The notes below the pieces were generated by a model. That model saw only the letters and a list, made by a program, of their open reading frames with translations. It was not told the origin of the DNA and searched no databases. From an uncultured bacterium (lineage in GTDB: Bacteria > Omnitrophota > Omnitrophia > Omnitrophales > Abzuiibacteriaceae), in the NCBI GenBank assembly GCA_964387845.1, contig CAYLXA010000011.1, positions 32,001 to 96,000 of the forward strand: 64,000 bases of DNA, in the 5' to 3' direction. Position numbers and translations under genes: made by a program. This document shows, piece by piece, positions 55,965-64,000 of this stretch (position 1 is its first letter; each line of letters opens with the position of its first letter).

Positions 55965-56897
55965 ATGGATCTTTCAAAGGTTGAAAAAATCTTGGTCGTG
56001 ACGCTGAGTAATTTGGGCGATATTGTGCTCACGACACCGGTGATGGCAGCGCTGCGCGACCGATTTCCAAAAGCATTTATGACAGTTATTGTCGGGCCAA
56101 AAGGCAAAGACCTTTTAGCCAACAGCGCGACGATCAACGAAATTTTGATTTATGATAAAACGAAGCCGCTTTTCGAAAGGGCGAAATGGGTCTTGGAACT
56201 TCGGAAACGGAAGTTCGATCTTGCCGTCGACCTTCGCAATACAGCAATCCCACTGCTTGTCGGCGCACGATATTTTAACAGCATCTTTTTTGATCATCGC
56301 GAAAAGCGAGCCCGGAAAAAGCATTTAAGCCGGATTCAATTTTTGGGGATCGGAGAGCCGAAGAGCCGGTTTCAATTTTTTACGCCGGATGAAGAAAAAT
56401 CGGCGCTTGCGAAATTGAGAAAAGCCGGTGTGTTCAATGAATCTTGGATTGCGATTGTGCCGGGCGCGGCCAACCATTTGAAGCGCTGGCCGTATGAGCG
56501 TTATGCTGAAATAGCAGCTCACTTTAAACAGAAAGGATTTCAAACGGTTATTGTGGGAAGCGGCGCCGAACGTGCGATGGGCGACCTGGTTGCTAAGTGC
56601 AATCCGGGCATTGGCATTATCAATGCCTGCGGTTCATTTGAGATCCGCGAGGTGGCAGCTGTTCTGAGTCATTCGAAATTGATTGTATGCAACGACAGCG
56701 GCCTGATGCATTTGGCAAATGAGCTTGATATTCCTGTGGTTGCTATTTTTGGGCCCACGAATCATTTGCAATACGGTAAGTTTGGCCCTAAAAACCGGGT
56801 GGTTCACGGCGACGGCAGCCAGTTTTCTATTCATCAAATCAAAACTCCGGATGTTGTCCGCGCGTGTGAGGAATTATTAAATGGCGCCCAACATTAA
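55965..56897 (+). CDS. GT9-family heptosyltransferase, paralog 3
   Basis: LGDIVLTTPVMAAL…NDSGLMHLA. Start at the ATG at 55965, right after the upstream stop. Confidence 0.8.
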   Translation: MDLSKVEKILVVTLSNLGDIVLTTPVMAALRDRFPKAFMTVIVGPKGKDLLANSATINEILIYDKTKPLFERAKWVLELRKRKFDLAVDLRNTAIPLLVGARYFNSIFFDHREKRARKKHLSRIQFLGIGEPKSRFQFFTPDEEKSALAKLRKAGVFNESWIAIVPGAANHLKRWPYERYAEIAAHFKQKGFQTVIVGSGAERAMGDLVAKCNPGIGIINACGSFEIREVAAVLSHSKLIVCNDSGLMHLANELDIPVVAIFGPTNHLQYGKFGPKNRVVHGDGSQFSIHQIKTPDVVRACEELLNGAQH

Positions 56898-57945
56898 CCC
56901 GGGAAAAATCAAACGCATTTTGCTGGTTCGTACAGACCGCATTGGTGATGTGGTGGTCACAACGCCGGTTTTTCGTGCCGTTAAGGAACAATTTCCAGCC
57001 GCACATCTTGCCATTCTCGTCGACAAAGCGCTTCGCGATTTGGTGGAAGGACATCCGGATTTAGATGAAGTTATTTTGTATGATAAAAAAGGAAGCGAAA
57101 AAAGTTTGCTGGGAGCTTTCCGCTTTGCTCGTACTTTAAAACAAAAAAAGTTTGACGCTGCCATTCATTTTCATCCGCGCGCCCGCGCATACTGGACAAG
57201 TTTTCTGGCCGGCATTCCGGTTCGAATCGGATACAAAAGAAAGAACCATTGGCTGCTTACGCATTCGATCAAAGACAATAAGGGCGAAGGGAGAAAGCAT
57301 GAAGCGGAGTATGTTTTTGATTTGCTGGCACTTTTAGGAATCAAGCGCCCCCAAAAACTGATTGCTAGCATACCGCTTCAGGAAAAGAGCCAGGAAAGTG
57401 CAGAGCGGCGCTTGAGCGGCATCGGCCGGTTTTTTGCAGTCCACCCGAGCGCCAGTTCGCCGTCTAAAATTTGGCCGGCTTCGTATTTTGCGGAAGTCGC
57501 GGATTTTTTAGCGCAAAAATTTCAGCTGACACCGGTTTTAATCGGCGGAGCTTCGGATTCGAAGCAGGGCAAAACCGTTTTCAGTTTGATTAAATCAAAA
57601 TCGATTAACTTGTGCGGCCAATTAAGCTTGGGTGAATTGGCCTGGGTGCTCAAAAAATCCGAATTGGTGATTTCGAATGACTCCGGGCCAGCACATATCG
57701 CTTCTGCGGTCGGAGCGCCCGTCATTTCCATTTTCGGCCGAAGTTTGGCCGGCCTCGGGCCTGTGCGCTGGCATCCGCTCAATGAAAAGAGCTGGTATCT
57801 GCAGAAAGACGTGGGCTGTGCGGTTTGCCTTGCGGATTTATGCCAGATTGAGTTTAAATGCCTGACCGAATTAAAGCCTGCGGATGTGATTCAATTGATC
57901 GAAGAAAAACAAAGCGAGATTTTTCAGCATGCAAAAGCCCGTTAA
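56881..57945 (+). CDS. GT9-family heptosyltransferase, paralog 4
   Basis: IGDVVVTTPVFRAV…NDSGPAHIA. 354 aa. Confidence 0.8.
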   Translation: MAPNINPGKIKRILLVRTDRIGDVVVTTPVFRAVKEQFPAAHLAILVDKALRDLVEGHPDLDEVILYDKKGSEKSLLGAFRFARTLKQKKFDAAIHFHPRARAYWTSFLAGIPVRIGYKRKNHWLLTHSIKDNKGEGRKHEAEYVFDLLALLGIKRPQKLIASIPLQEKSQESAERRLSGIGRFFAVHPSASSPSKIWPASYFAEVADFLAQKFQLTPVLIGGASDSKQGKTVFSLIKSKSINLCGQLSLGELAWVLKKSELVISNDSGPAHIASAVGAPVISIFGRSLAGLGPVRWHPLNEKSWYLQKDVGCAVCLADLCQIEFKCLTELKPADVIQLIEEKQSEIFQHAKAR

Positions 57946-59080
57946 ACGAGTGCTTCTCATTCATCCTTTCGGAATCGGCGATGCGCTTTTCATGACGCCC
58001 GTGATTGATGCGTTGAAGCAAGCCGGTGCCGAAAAAATCGATTTGCTTTTGGGCAGCCGGACAAAAGCCGTTTTTGAGCATAACCCGTCCGTTGATGAAA
58101 TTTTCGTTGTTGACCGAGACAAGATCCGGAGCCAGTCAACATTCCGTAATATTTTGGAAACAGCGAAACTGGTTCTTAAACTCCGGAAAAACCGGTATGA
58201 CCATCTGTTTGATTTCTCTTTGGCGCGGCAATACGCATTTTTTGCTTTTTTATTTCTCAACATTCCGAAACGCATCGGATTTCATTATAAAAGGCGCGGC
58301 ATTTTCCTGACACACAGGATGGTTCTCGAGAAAAGTTTTTCCGGCAAGCACGTGATTGAATATTATTTAGAACTTTTGAAATTCGTCTCTATCCGGCCGT
58401 CTACGCGCTCGATCCAACTGTCCATCACAAAAGAAAATGAAGACGAAGCAGAGGGTGTTCTACGCAAAGAAAACGTTCCGCCATTTTTTGCCGTTGCGGT
58501 CCCGGGCGGCGGCGAATCCTGGGGGAAAGATGCCCGGCTTAAGCGGTGGCCGACGGCGCATTTTGCGAAATTGTTTGAACTTATCGACAAAGACAAAAGT
58601 TTAGGATCGGCGCCTTTCAAAGTTGTTATTTTGGGCGGCAAAAGTGAATCGGAGCTTGCCGAATCTCTAAAAGCTTTGAACCCCGGCCGCTTTATTAATT
58701 TAGCGGGGAAGCTGCCGCTTCTTGCTTCGGCGGCGGTTTTAAAACGCGCACGGCTTCTTGTGGCCAACGACGGCGGTTTGGTGCATGTCGCAGCGGCCGT
58801 TGGGACGCCCACGATTGCTTTATTCGGGCCGGTTGACCCGAAAGTTTACGGCCCGTATCCGCTTCACCCGGCGCGTATCGCAGTCACAAACGACGGACCG
58901 GAATGCCGTCCGTGTTATCAAAATATGCGTTATAATAGCGCCTGTGAACATGTGGAATGTTTAACCGGACTTTCGCCGGACGGTATTTTTTACCGGCTCA
59001 GTGAGTCCGGATTTTTTGAACGAATTCAAAAAGCGCCGGTTTCTGCGGCAGCCGATACTCATTTATATGAAAATCAATAA
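57929..59080 (+). CDS. GT9-family heptosyltransferase, paralog 5
   Basis: IGDALFMTPVIDAL…NDGGLVHVA. 383 aa. Confidence 0.8.
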   Translation: MQKPVKRVLLIHPFGIGDALFMTPVIDALKQAGAEKIDLLLGSRTKAVFEHNPSVDEIFVVDRDKIRSQSTFRNILETAKLVLKLRKNRYDHLFDFSLARQYAFFAFLFLNIPKRIGFHYKRRGIFLTHRMVLEKSFSGKHVIEYYLELLKFVSIRPSTRSIQLSITKENEDEAEGVLRKENVPPFFAVAVPGGGESWGKDARLKRWPTAHFAKLFELIDKDKSLGSAPFKVVILGGKSESELAESLKALNPGRFINLAGKLPLLASAAVLKRARLLVANDGGLVHVAAAVGTPTIALFGPVDPKVYGPYPLHPARIAVTNDGPECRPCYQNMRYNSACEHVECLTGLSPDGIFYRLSESGFFERIQKAPVSAAADTHLYENQ

Positions 59081-59873
59081 GATTTGGTGGCTTATTATTT
59101 TGTCATTGGCGCTCAGCGCATGCGCCCATAGACCGCGCGCCGTTCAATTTCCGAGTAAAATTGAAAAGCCGAAATTTACGATCCCGCTCGGTGAAAAAAT
59201 CAACTACAGTATCCGCTGGCTCGGCTTTGAAGTGGGCACCGCGCAAACGGAAGTGAAGGAAATTGTGCAGATTAACGGCCGCGATGCTTACCACGTCGAA
59301 GTGAAAGTACGCTCGAATCGGCTGATCAGCTTGATTTATCCGGTCCGCGACGAACACCATAGTTACATTGATGTCGAACATCTTTACTCGCTTCGCTATG
59401 AGAAAAAGTTGAAAGAGGGAACCTACGAAGCAGATGATTTAATCGAATATGACCAAATTAATCACAAGGCGCGTTACGAGTCGCGCAGAAACGGGACGAT
59501 CAAAGAAATGCTGATTCCAAAAGACGTTCAGGACCAGCTTTCGTGCACATATTGGTTCCGCATGCAGGAAATGAAGCCCGGCGACCGGCTCCAAATTCCG
59601 GTCAATGTCGACGAGAAAAACTGGAATTTGGAAGTTCAAGTGCAGGCATGGGAAGAGCTGGAAGTCGACGGTTTTGGCCGGGTAATTGCAATCCGCGCAG
59701 AACCTTTGGCTCGGTTTCACGGCTTGTTTGTCCGGAAAGGGCGCGCCTGGGGCTGGATGGGAACGGACCATAGGCGCATTCCGCTTTTAATGAAAACCGA
59801 AATTCCGATTTTAGGTTCGATTGAAATGGTAATTACGGAATACAAGTACGGCGATGACCACATCAAAGCATAA
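59067..59873 (+). CDS. Lipoprotein (lipobox LSAC), DUF3108-like
   Basis: Start taken at MKINKIWWLIILSLALSAC. It shows signal peptidase II features. Family recall is weak. Confidence 0.45.
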   Translation: MKINKIWWLIILSLALSACAHRPRAVQFPSKIEKPKFTIPLGEKINYSIRWLGFEVGTAQTEVKEIVQINGRDAYHVEVKVRSNRLISLIYPVRDEHHSYIDVEHLYSLRYEKKLKEGTYEADDLIEYDQINHKARYESRRNGTIKEMLIPKDVQDQLSCTYWFRMQEMKPGDRLQIPVNVDEKNWNLEVQVQAWEELEVDGFGRVIAIRAEPLARFHGLFVRKGRAWGWMGTDHRRIPLLMKTEIPILGSIEMVITEYKYGDDHIKA

Positions 59874-60693
59874 AAAGAAACATCAGAAACTCATCAAGAA
59901 GCGCGGCCGCCGCCGTTTTCGCGCGCAGGTTTTGCTGTGGATCGCGGCGTTTTTGGCCGCATTTTATCTTTTCACATTCCGCGAAATTCCGGTCTTGATG
60001 TATCACTTTATCGGGACCGAAGCCGAAGCGCGCGAGAACTCTTTGATTGTTTCCGCCAAAACGTTTGACCAGCAGCTTTCTTGGCTTCGTCAATGGGGTT
60101 ATCGGATTTACTCGTTGGAGGAATATGAGGCGCTCAGGGCTCACCGTTCGTTTTCTTTCGAAAAGGGTGTTGTGATTACGTTTGATGACGGCAATATCGG
60201 ATTCTTGACGAATGCGCTGCCGATTCTCGAGAAATACCAAGCGCCTGCAGCCAATTTCATGGTGACTGATAGCATGCGCAAAAAAACAAACGGCAGCGTG
60301 TCGGTGGAAGATGCGCGCAAACTTGCCGAAAATCCGCTGATTACGCTAGGGTCCCACACCGTTCATCACGTCGGTTTGATGGACCAATCAGAGCTTGCGC
60401 TTCGGAAAGAAATAGCGGGTTCACGGCGCGAACTTTCGAAAATGCTCGGCAAAGACATTGCCTATTTTGCGTACCCGGGCGGATTTTTTGACGAAGAAGC
60501 GCTTGAGATGGTCAAATCGGCCGGTTATCGGCTGGCATTTACGACTTCGTGGAAGCGTTTGAAAGGCGACCAGGAAAATGCGTATTCAATCGTGCGCGTG
60601 AAGGTAACCGAAAAAGACAGAAATCCGGCCAACTTTTGGTACAAAATATCCGGCTTTTACACGCTCTTGAAACGGCTGCAGAACGCATTTTAG
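59854..60693 (+). CDS. Polysaccharide deacetylase (CE4 / NodB homology domain) with an N-terminal TM anchor
   Basis: NodB motifs TFDDG, the H-x3-H site (GSHTVHH) and YPGG are present. Confidence 0.8.
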   Translation: MTTSKHKKKHQKLIKKRGRRRFRAQVLLWIAAFLAAFYLFTFREIPVLMYHFIGTEAEARENSLIVSAKTFDQQLSWLRQWGYRIYSLEEYEALRAHRSFSFEKGVVITFDDGNIGFLTNALPILEKYQAPAANFMVTDSMRKKTNGSVSVEDARKLAENPLITLGSHTVHHVGLMDQSELALRKEIAGSRRELSKMLGKDIAYFAYPGGFFDEEALEMVKSAGYRLAFTTSWKRLKGDQENAYSIVRVKVTEKDRNPANFWYKISGFYTLLKRLQNAF

Positions 60694-60697
60694 TTTT

Positions 60698-61051
60698 ATG
60701 TTTATCGAGGTCGAGCCCAATCCCAACTGCAAGAAAAGCGATTTATTTGTTTTTAATGAAATGGAAAGCCCGAAGCCGGTTGCGGGTTTGAAACTCACGA
60801 GAAAAGGTGCTGATATCACAGCCGATGTGACGGGCGTTGATGCGGGCGGAAAATTCGTGCAGGCATTTGCGCAAAAAGTGCAGGATTCAGGCGCCGGTTT
60901 CGGTTTTCTAATTTTCGGCGGCGCGTGGGGAATCCGCCTGAGGCCTTCGGATTTAAGGCATGAAAAATGGGACCTGGCGAATCCGAATCAATGGGGCGAG
61001 GCCTATTTGGTTTATGCAGATGAGGAAGGGATCATCGCTCCTCCTCATTAA
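60698..61051 (+). CDS. Hypothetical protein
   Basis: 117 aa. No recognisable family. Confidence 0.4.
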   Translation: MFIEVEPNPNCKKSDLFVFNEMESPKPVAGLKLTRKGADITADVTGVDAGGKFVQAFAQKVQDSGAGFGFLIFGGAWGIRLRPSDLRHEKWDLANPNQWGEAYLVYADEEGIIAPPH

Positions 61052-61131
61052 ACAGTTCGGGAAAATATTAATCAGAGAGGAGCGTTGCCCCTAGGAGCGA
61101 AGCGACGTGGGGTTATCTTAAGGAGTTAATC

Positions 61132-61482
61132 ATGAGCGAAATTACAGTTTATCAAAAACCGACCTGCACAACTTGCAAGCAAGTGTATGCCGCGCTGAAA
61201 GAAAGCGGTGTTGATTTTAATTCGGTGAATTATTATGTCGATCCGATCTCAAAACCCAAACTCAAAGAACTGCTGAGAAAAATGAACATTTCTGCCGCCG
61301 AACTTCTCCGCAAGAAAGAAGATATCTACAAAACGCTGGAATTGGCCGACAAGAAACTTTCCGAAGACCAGATTGTGGAATTGATGGTGAAGCACCCGGA
61401 TCTCATTCAGCGTCCGATTGTTGAGAAGGGAAACCGTGCGATTCTTGCCCGCCCTGCCGAACGTTTGAAAGAAATCCTCTAA
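61132..61482 (+). CDS. ArsC/Spx-family (YffB-like) thioredoxin-fold protein
   Basis: MSEITVYQKPTCTTCKQ N-terminus with the CxxC-type redox motif of the ArsC family. 116 aa. Confidence 0.7.
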   Translation: MSEITVYQKPTCTTCKQVYAALKESGVDFNSVNYYVDPISKPKLKELLRKMNISAAELLRKKEDIYKTLELADKKLSEDQIVELMVKHPDLIQRPIVEKGNRAILARPAERLKEIL

Positions 61483-61650
61483 TTCAGTTAGTTCTTGAAA
61501 AGGACTAATTTCCTAACTTCTTAAAGACTTTTCTAACAAAAAATCTCGTCACGACAGATGTAAATCTGGTGATACTAGATTTTTCATGTTTTTTAAATGC
61601 CGGACATTGACACAGTCAATTTGGTTGTGTAACTTTTACGCAAACCAGTC

Positions 61651-63999
61651 ATGAATTCGACCCTTGCTAATCGTTCAGAAACCGGAAGTTTTTCGCGAAG
61701 TAAAAACCACCGGCCCCTCTTTGTTCTTATTTTTCTTTACGCTATGTTTTTCCTGGTTTCGAAACCATCCTTTGCCGACACCATTGTTCCGGGCGGGAAT
61801 ATTTCATCTAACATAACCTGGACTTCCGCCGGAAGTCCGTACATTGTTCAGGGTAGTATCACGGTTAGTTCGGGCACTTTAACCATTGAACCGGGTGTTG
61901 TCGTAAAAGCAGAGCCAAATGCAAACGTAGAAATCCGGACTTCCGGTGGAAAACTTTTTGCGGAAGGAACGTTAGAAGAGCCAATTTTGTTTACTTCAAA
62001 CAGCGCAAATCCTTCCCCGGGCGAGTGGAAAGGCATTTTCTTTGATGGAGGCACCGCGACCGATTCGTCTCTTAAGCACTGCACAATTGCCTATGCTCAG
62101 AATGGAATCCGAATTAGTCAAAATGTTTTTATGTTTGTGCAAAACACCACGTTTCAAAACAATTCAAGCGTTGCTGTTTCAGCGCCTACTCTCAAAGAAA
62201 CCCGTAATTTCGGCTCTGGAAACACTTATATTGGAAATGGCAGAGATGCAATTGAGTGGACTGCTACCTTAACCGCTACGGTCGATCAAGATATGACACT
62301 TGCCAGTCAAGGTGTCCCGTATATTGCGAATGGGAGTATCAACGTAGCTCGTTTTGTTGGTCTTTCGACTATGACTGTCCAGCCTGGTGTTGAAATCCGA
62401 TTTAAACCGAATCAAAATCTAAAATTTGAAGTTGGCGGAGGTGGTTGGCAGGGCAGAGTACTTTTTCAAGGCTCGCAAGCTCAGCCGATCCGTTTAACAG
62501 TTGATAGCCAGAACCCTACGCCCGGAAGCTGGCAGGGAATTCGGTTTGACACTGGAGCACAGCCAGGTTTTATCCTAGATTATGTCATTTTTGAATATGC
62601 CGGCGCCCCCGCTGTTAGTGTTCCGCAGGATCTTGGTTTTTATACCATCTCCCATTCTACTATTCGTCATTCATCCGGAATCGGCGTATCTTTAAGAGGG
62701 AATGGCGCGTTACAAAATAACATTATAGAAAATAATGGCGGTCAAGGAATTGAAATTTTATCCGGTTCACCATCCATCCTATCCAACACGGTTCAACAAA
62801 ATGCATCAACGGGTCTTTTGATGCAATCAAATGCGGGAACTCCATTAATTGATGACAACCATTTTCTGAATAATGGAAGCCGAGCTGCGAACATCTATTC
62901 ATTAAGGCAAATTCGCAATATGACTCAGAATAATACTTTTTCCGGAATAACCAATCCAATTTGCCAATGTATTGAATTTATGAATACGGCACCTACTTTG
63001 ATTAATTATGATACGACACTTTATGATTTTACTTACCCTTATGTGTTTAATGGAAGTATCCAGGTTTATCGGGAAGTTCCTCCACATTCAACATTAACCA
63101 TTCAACCTGGAACCGAACTTAAATTTAAGCCAGGCCAGAATTTAATCCTCGGAATTGGATATAGACCCAACCAGTATGTGGGCGCTTTAGTTGCTTTAGG
63201 CGATGATCAAAATCCTATTCGTTTTAGTTCTGCTGCTGCAGTGCCGGCACCCGGCGATTGGCAAGGGTTGAAATTGGAAGGATTTATGATTCCCGATCAA
63301 ATGTCCAATGTGATAGTTGAGCATGCCGGAAATGCCGGTATTACCGTATGGGATACGCATCTTGAAATTAACAATTCGACCATCCAAAATAATTCCGGCG
63401 ATGGTATGCAAATCGTTGGTTCCGGCCAGCTGGATGTGAAAAACACTTCATTTCTCTCTAACGGATTAAAAGCCATTAATCATACAGGATCTTCCGGCGC
63501 GGTACTCGCTCCGCTTAATTGGTTCGGAAGTTCGAACGAGCCATCCGCACAAGTTTCAGGTAGTGTTCAATATGAACCTTGGCTTATTTCAGCACCAACG
63601 ACGCCGTTTCAATGGACAGCGGCCAATCTTTCATCCAAACAGTTTAATCCCGACGAAAGTTCGGCAACATTTCAATTTAGTCATCCGGAAGCTGCCAATT
63701 GGATGCTTGAAATTTTAAATTCAGACCTCAGCCAGGTACTAAAAACGATCAAGGGGCAAGGCCCGAATCCGTCCATTATTGAATGGAATGGAAATGATGA
63801 TAGTAAAGAATTTTTGCCGGATGGTATGTATAAGTATCGTTTTAGCGGCTCAAGCCAAATAACCAGCCAACAGGCTGCGCCTGCGTTGGGCAACATTCAA
63901 TTAAATAATGCGTTGCCTGCGGCGGAAATTATTTTGCCGACCGCTTCTCAAATTATTCCCGGCCATACAATTGTGCAAATCCAAGGAACTGCTCAAGGA
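61651..63999 (+). CDS. Large secreted right-handed parallel beta-helix repeat protein with a FlgD-Ig-like domain (5' partial, continues beyond the window)
   Basis: I translated the open frame from the ATG at 61651 to the window edge by hand and found no stop. The N-terminal signal peptide is …FFLVSKPSFA|DT. Repeated NN(S/G)GxGIxI/…beta-helix repeats are present (NNGGQGIEILSGS, NNSGDGMQIVGSG). Near residue 700 the pattern …IIEWNGNDDSKEFLPDGMYKYRF matches FlgD-Ig-like domains. Confidence 0.65.
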   Translation, partial: MNSTLANRSETGSFSRSKNHRPLFVLIFLYAMFFLVSKPSFADTIVPGGNISSNITWTSAGSPYIVQGSITVSSGTLTIEPGVVVKAEPNANVEIRTSGGKLFAEGTLEEPILFTSNSANPSPGEWKGIFFDGGTATDSSLKHCTIAYAQNGIRISQNVFMFVQNTTFQNNSSVAVSAPTLKETRNFGSGNTYIGNGRDAIEWTATLTATVDQDMTLASQGVPYIANGSINVARFVGLSTMTVQPGVEIRFKPNQNLKFEVGGGGWQGRVLFQGSQAQPIRLTVDSQNPTPGSWQGIRFDTGAQPGFILDYVIFEYAGAPAVSVPQDLGFYTISHSTIRHSSGIGVSLRGNGALQNNIIENNGGQGIEILSGSPSILSNTVQQNASTGLLMQSNAGTPLIDDNHFLNNGSRAANIYSLRQIRNMTQNNTFSGITNPICQCIEFMNTAPTLINYDTTLYDFTYPYVFNGSIQVYREVPPHSTLTIQPGTELKFKPGQNLILGIGYRPNQYVGALVALGDDQNPIRFSSAAAVPAPGDWQGLKLEGFMIPDQMSNVIVEHAGNAGITVWDTHLEINNSTIQNNSGDGMQIVGSGQLDVKNTSFLSNGLKAINHTGSSGAVLAPLNWFGSSNEPSAQVSGSVQYEPWLISAPTTPFQWTAANLSSKQFNPDESSATFQFSHPEAANWMLEILNSDLSQVLKTIKGQGPNPSIIEWNGNDDSKEFLPDGMYKYRFSGSSQITSQQAAPALGNIQLNNALPAAEIILPTASQIIPGHTIVQIQGTAQG

Positions 64000-64000
64000 A

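Overview
This is a gene-dense bacterial chromosomal window, almost all coding on the + strand and dominated by Gram-negative envelope (LPS) biogenesis. The LPS genes are lpxA, lpxI, lpxB (minus strand) with a Gfo/Idh/MocA oxidoreductase, msbA, a heptose-7-phosphate kinase, kdsB-pyrG-kdsA-kdsD, and a long inner-core locus. That locus runs waaA, lpxK, an LpxL-type acyltransferase fused to an ELM1/DUF1022-like domain, a GT4-GT9 fusion, four further GT9 heptosyltransferase paralogs, a DUF3108-like lipoprotein and a CE4 deacetylase. Housekeeping operons sit between them: rpsB-tsf-pyrH-frr, leuS, ilvBNC-leuA, an aro operon with an embedded prepilin peptidase, and dprA-topA-xerC-like. A nitrogen module is present: a GAF-sigma54 activator, an APC permease-Usp fusion, and a sigma-54 promoter driving amtB-glnK. 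There are four tRNAs (Lys-TTT, Glu-TTC, Ala-GGC, Leu-CAA). The window ends in a large secreted beta-helix protein that runs off the 3' edge. There are no rRNA genes, CRISPR arrays or transposases. The most unusual signals are as follows. (1) Two intergenic long hairpins are built from inverted arrays of tandem 7-nt repeats, one after frr and one after leuS. (2) A TAATACTAGAT-type motif rich in CTAG recurs in five upstream regions. (3) A 20-nt direct repeat of the tRNA-Leu 3' end flanks a palindromic 82-nt insert in front of leuS. (4) A bactofilin fused to an excisionase-type HTH lies next to a membrane-anchored HTH paralog. (5) Domain fusions (LpxL-DUF1022, GT4-GT9) and five tandem GT9 domains suggest an atypical heptose-rich LPS core. 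All functional calls come from reading the translated ORFs against remembered family signatures; no searches were run.
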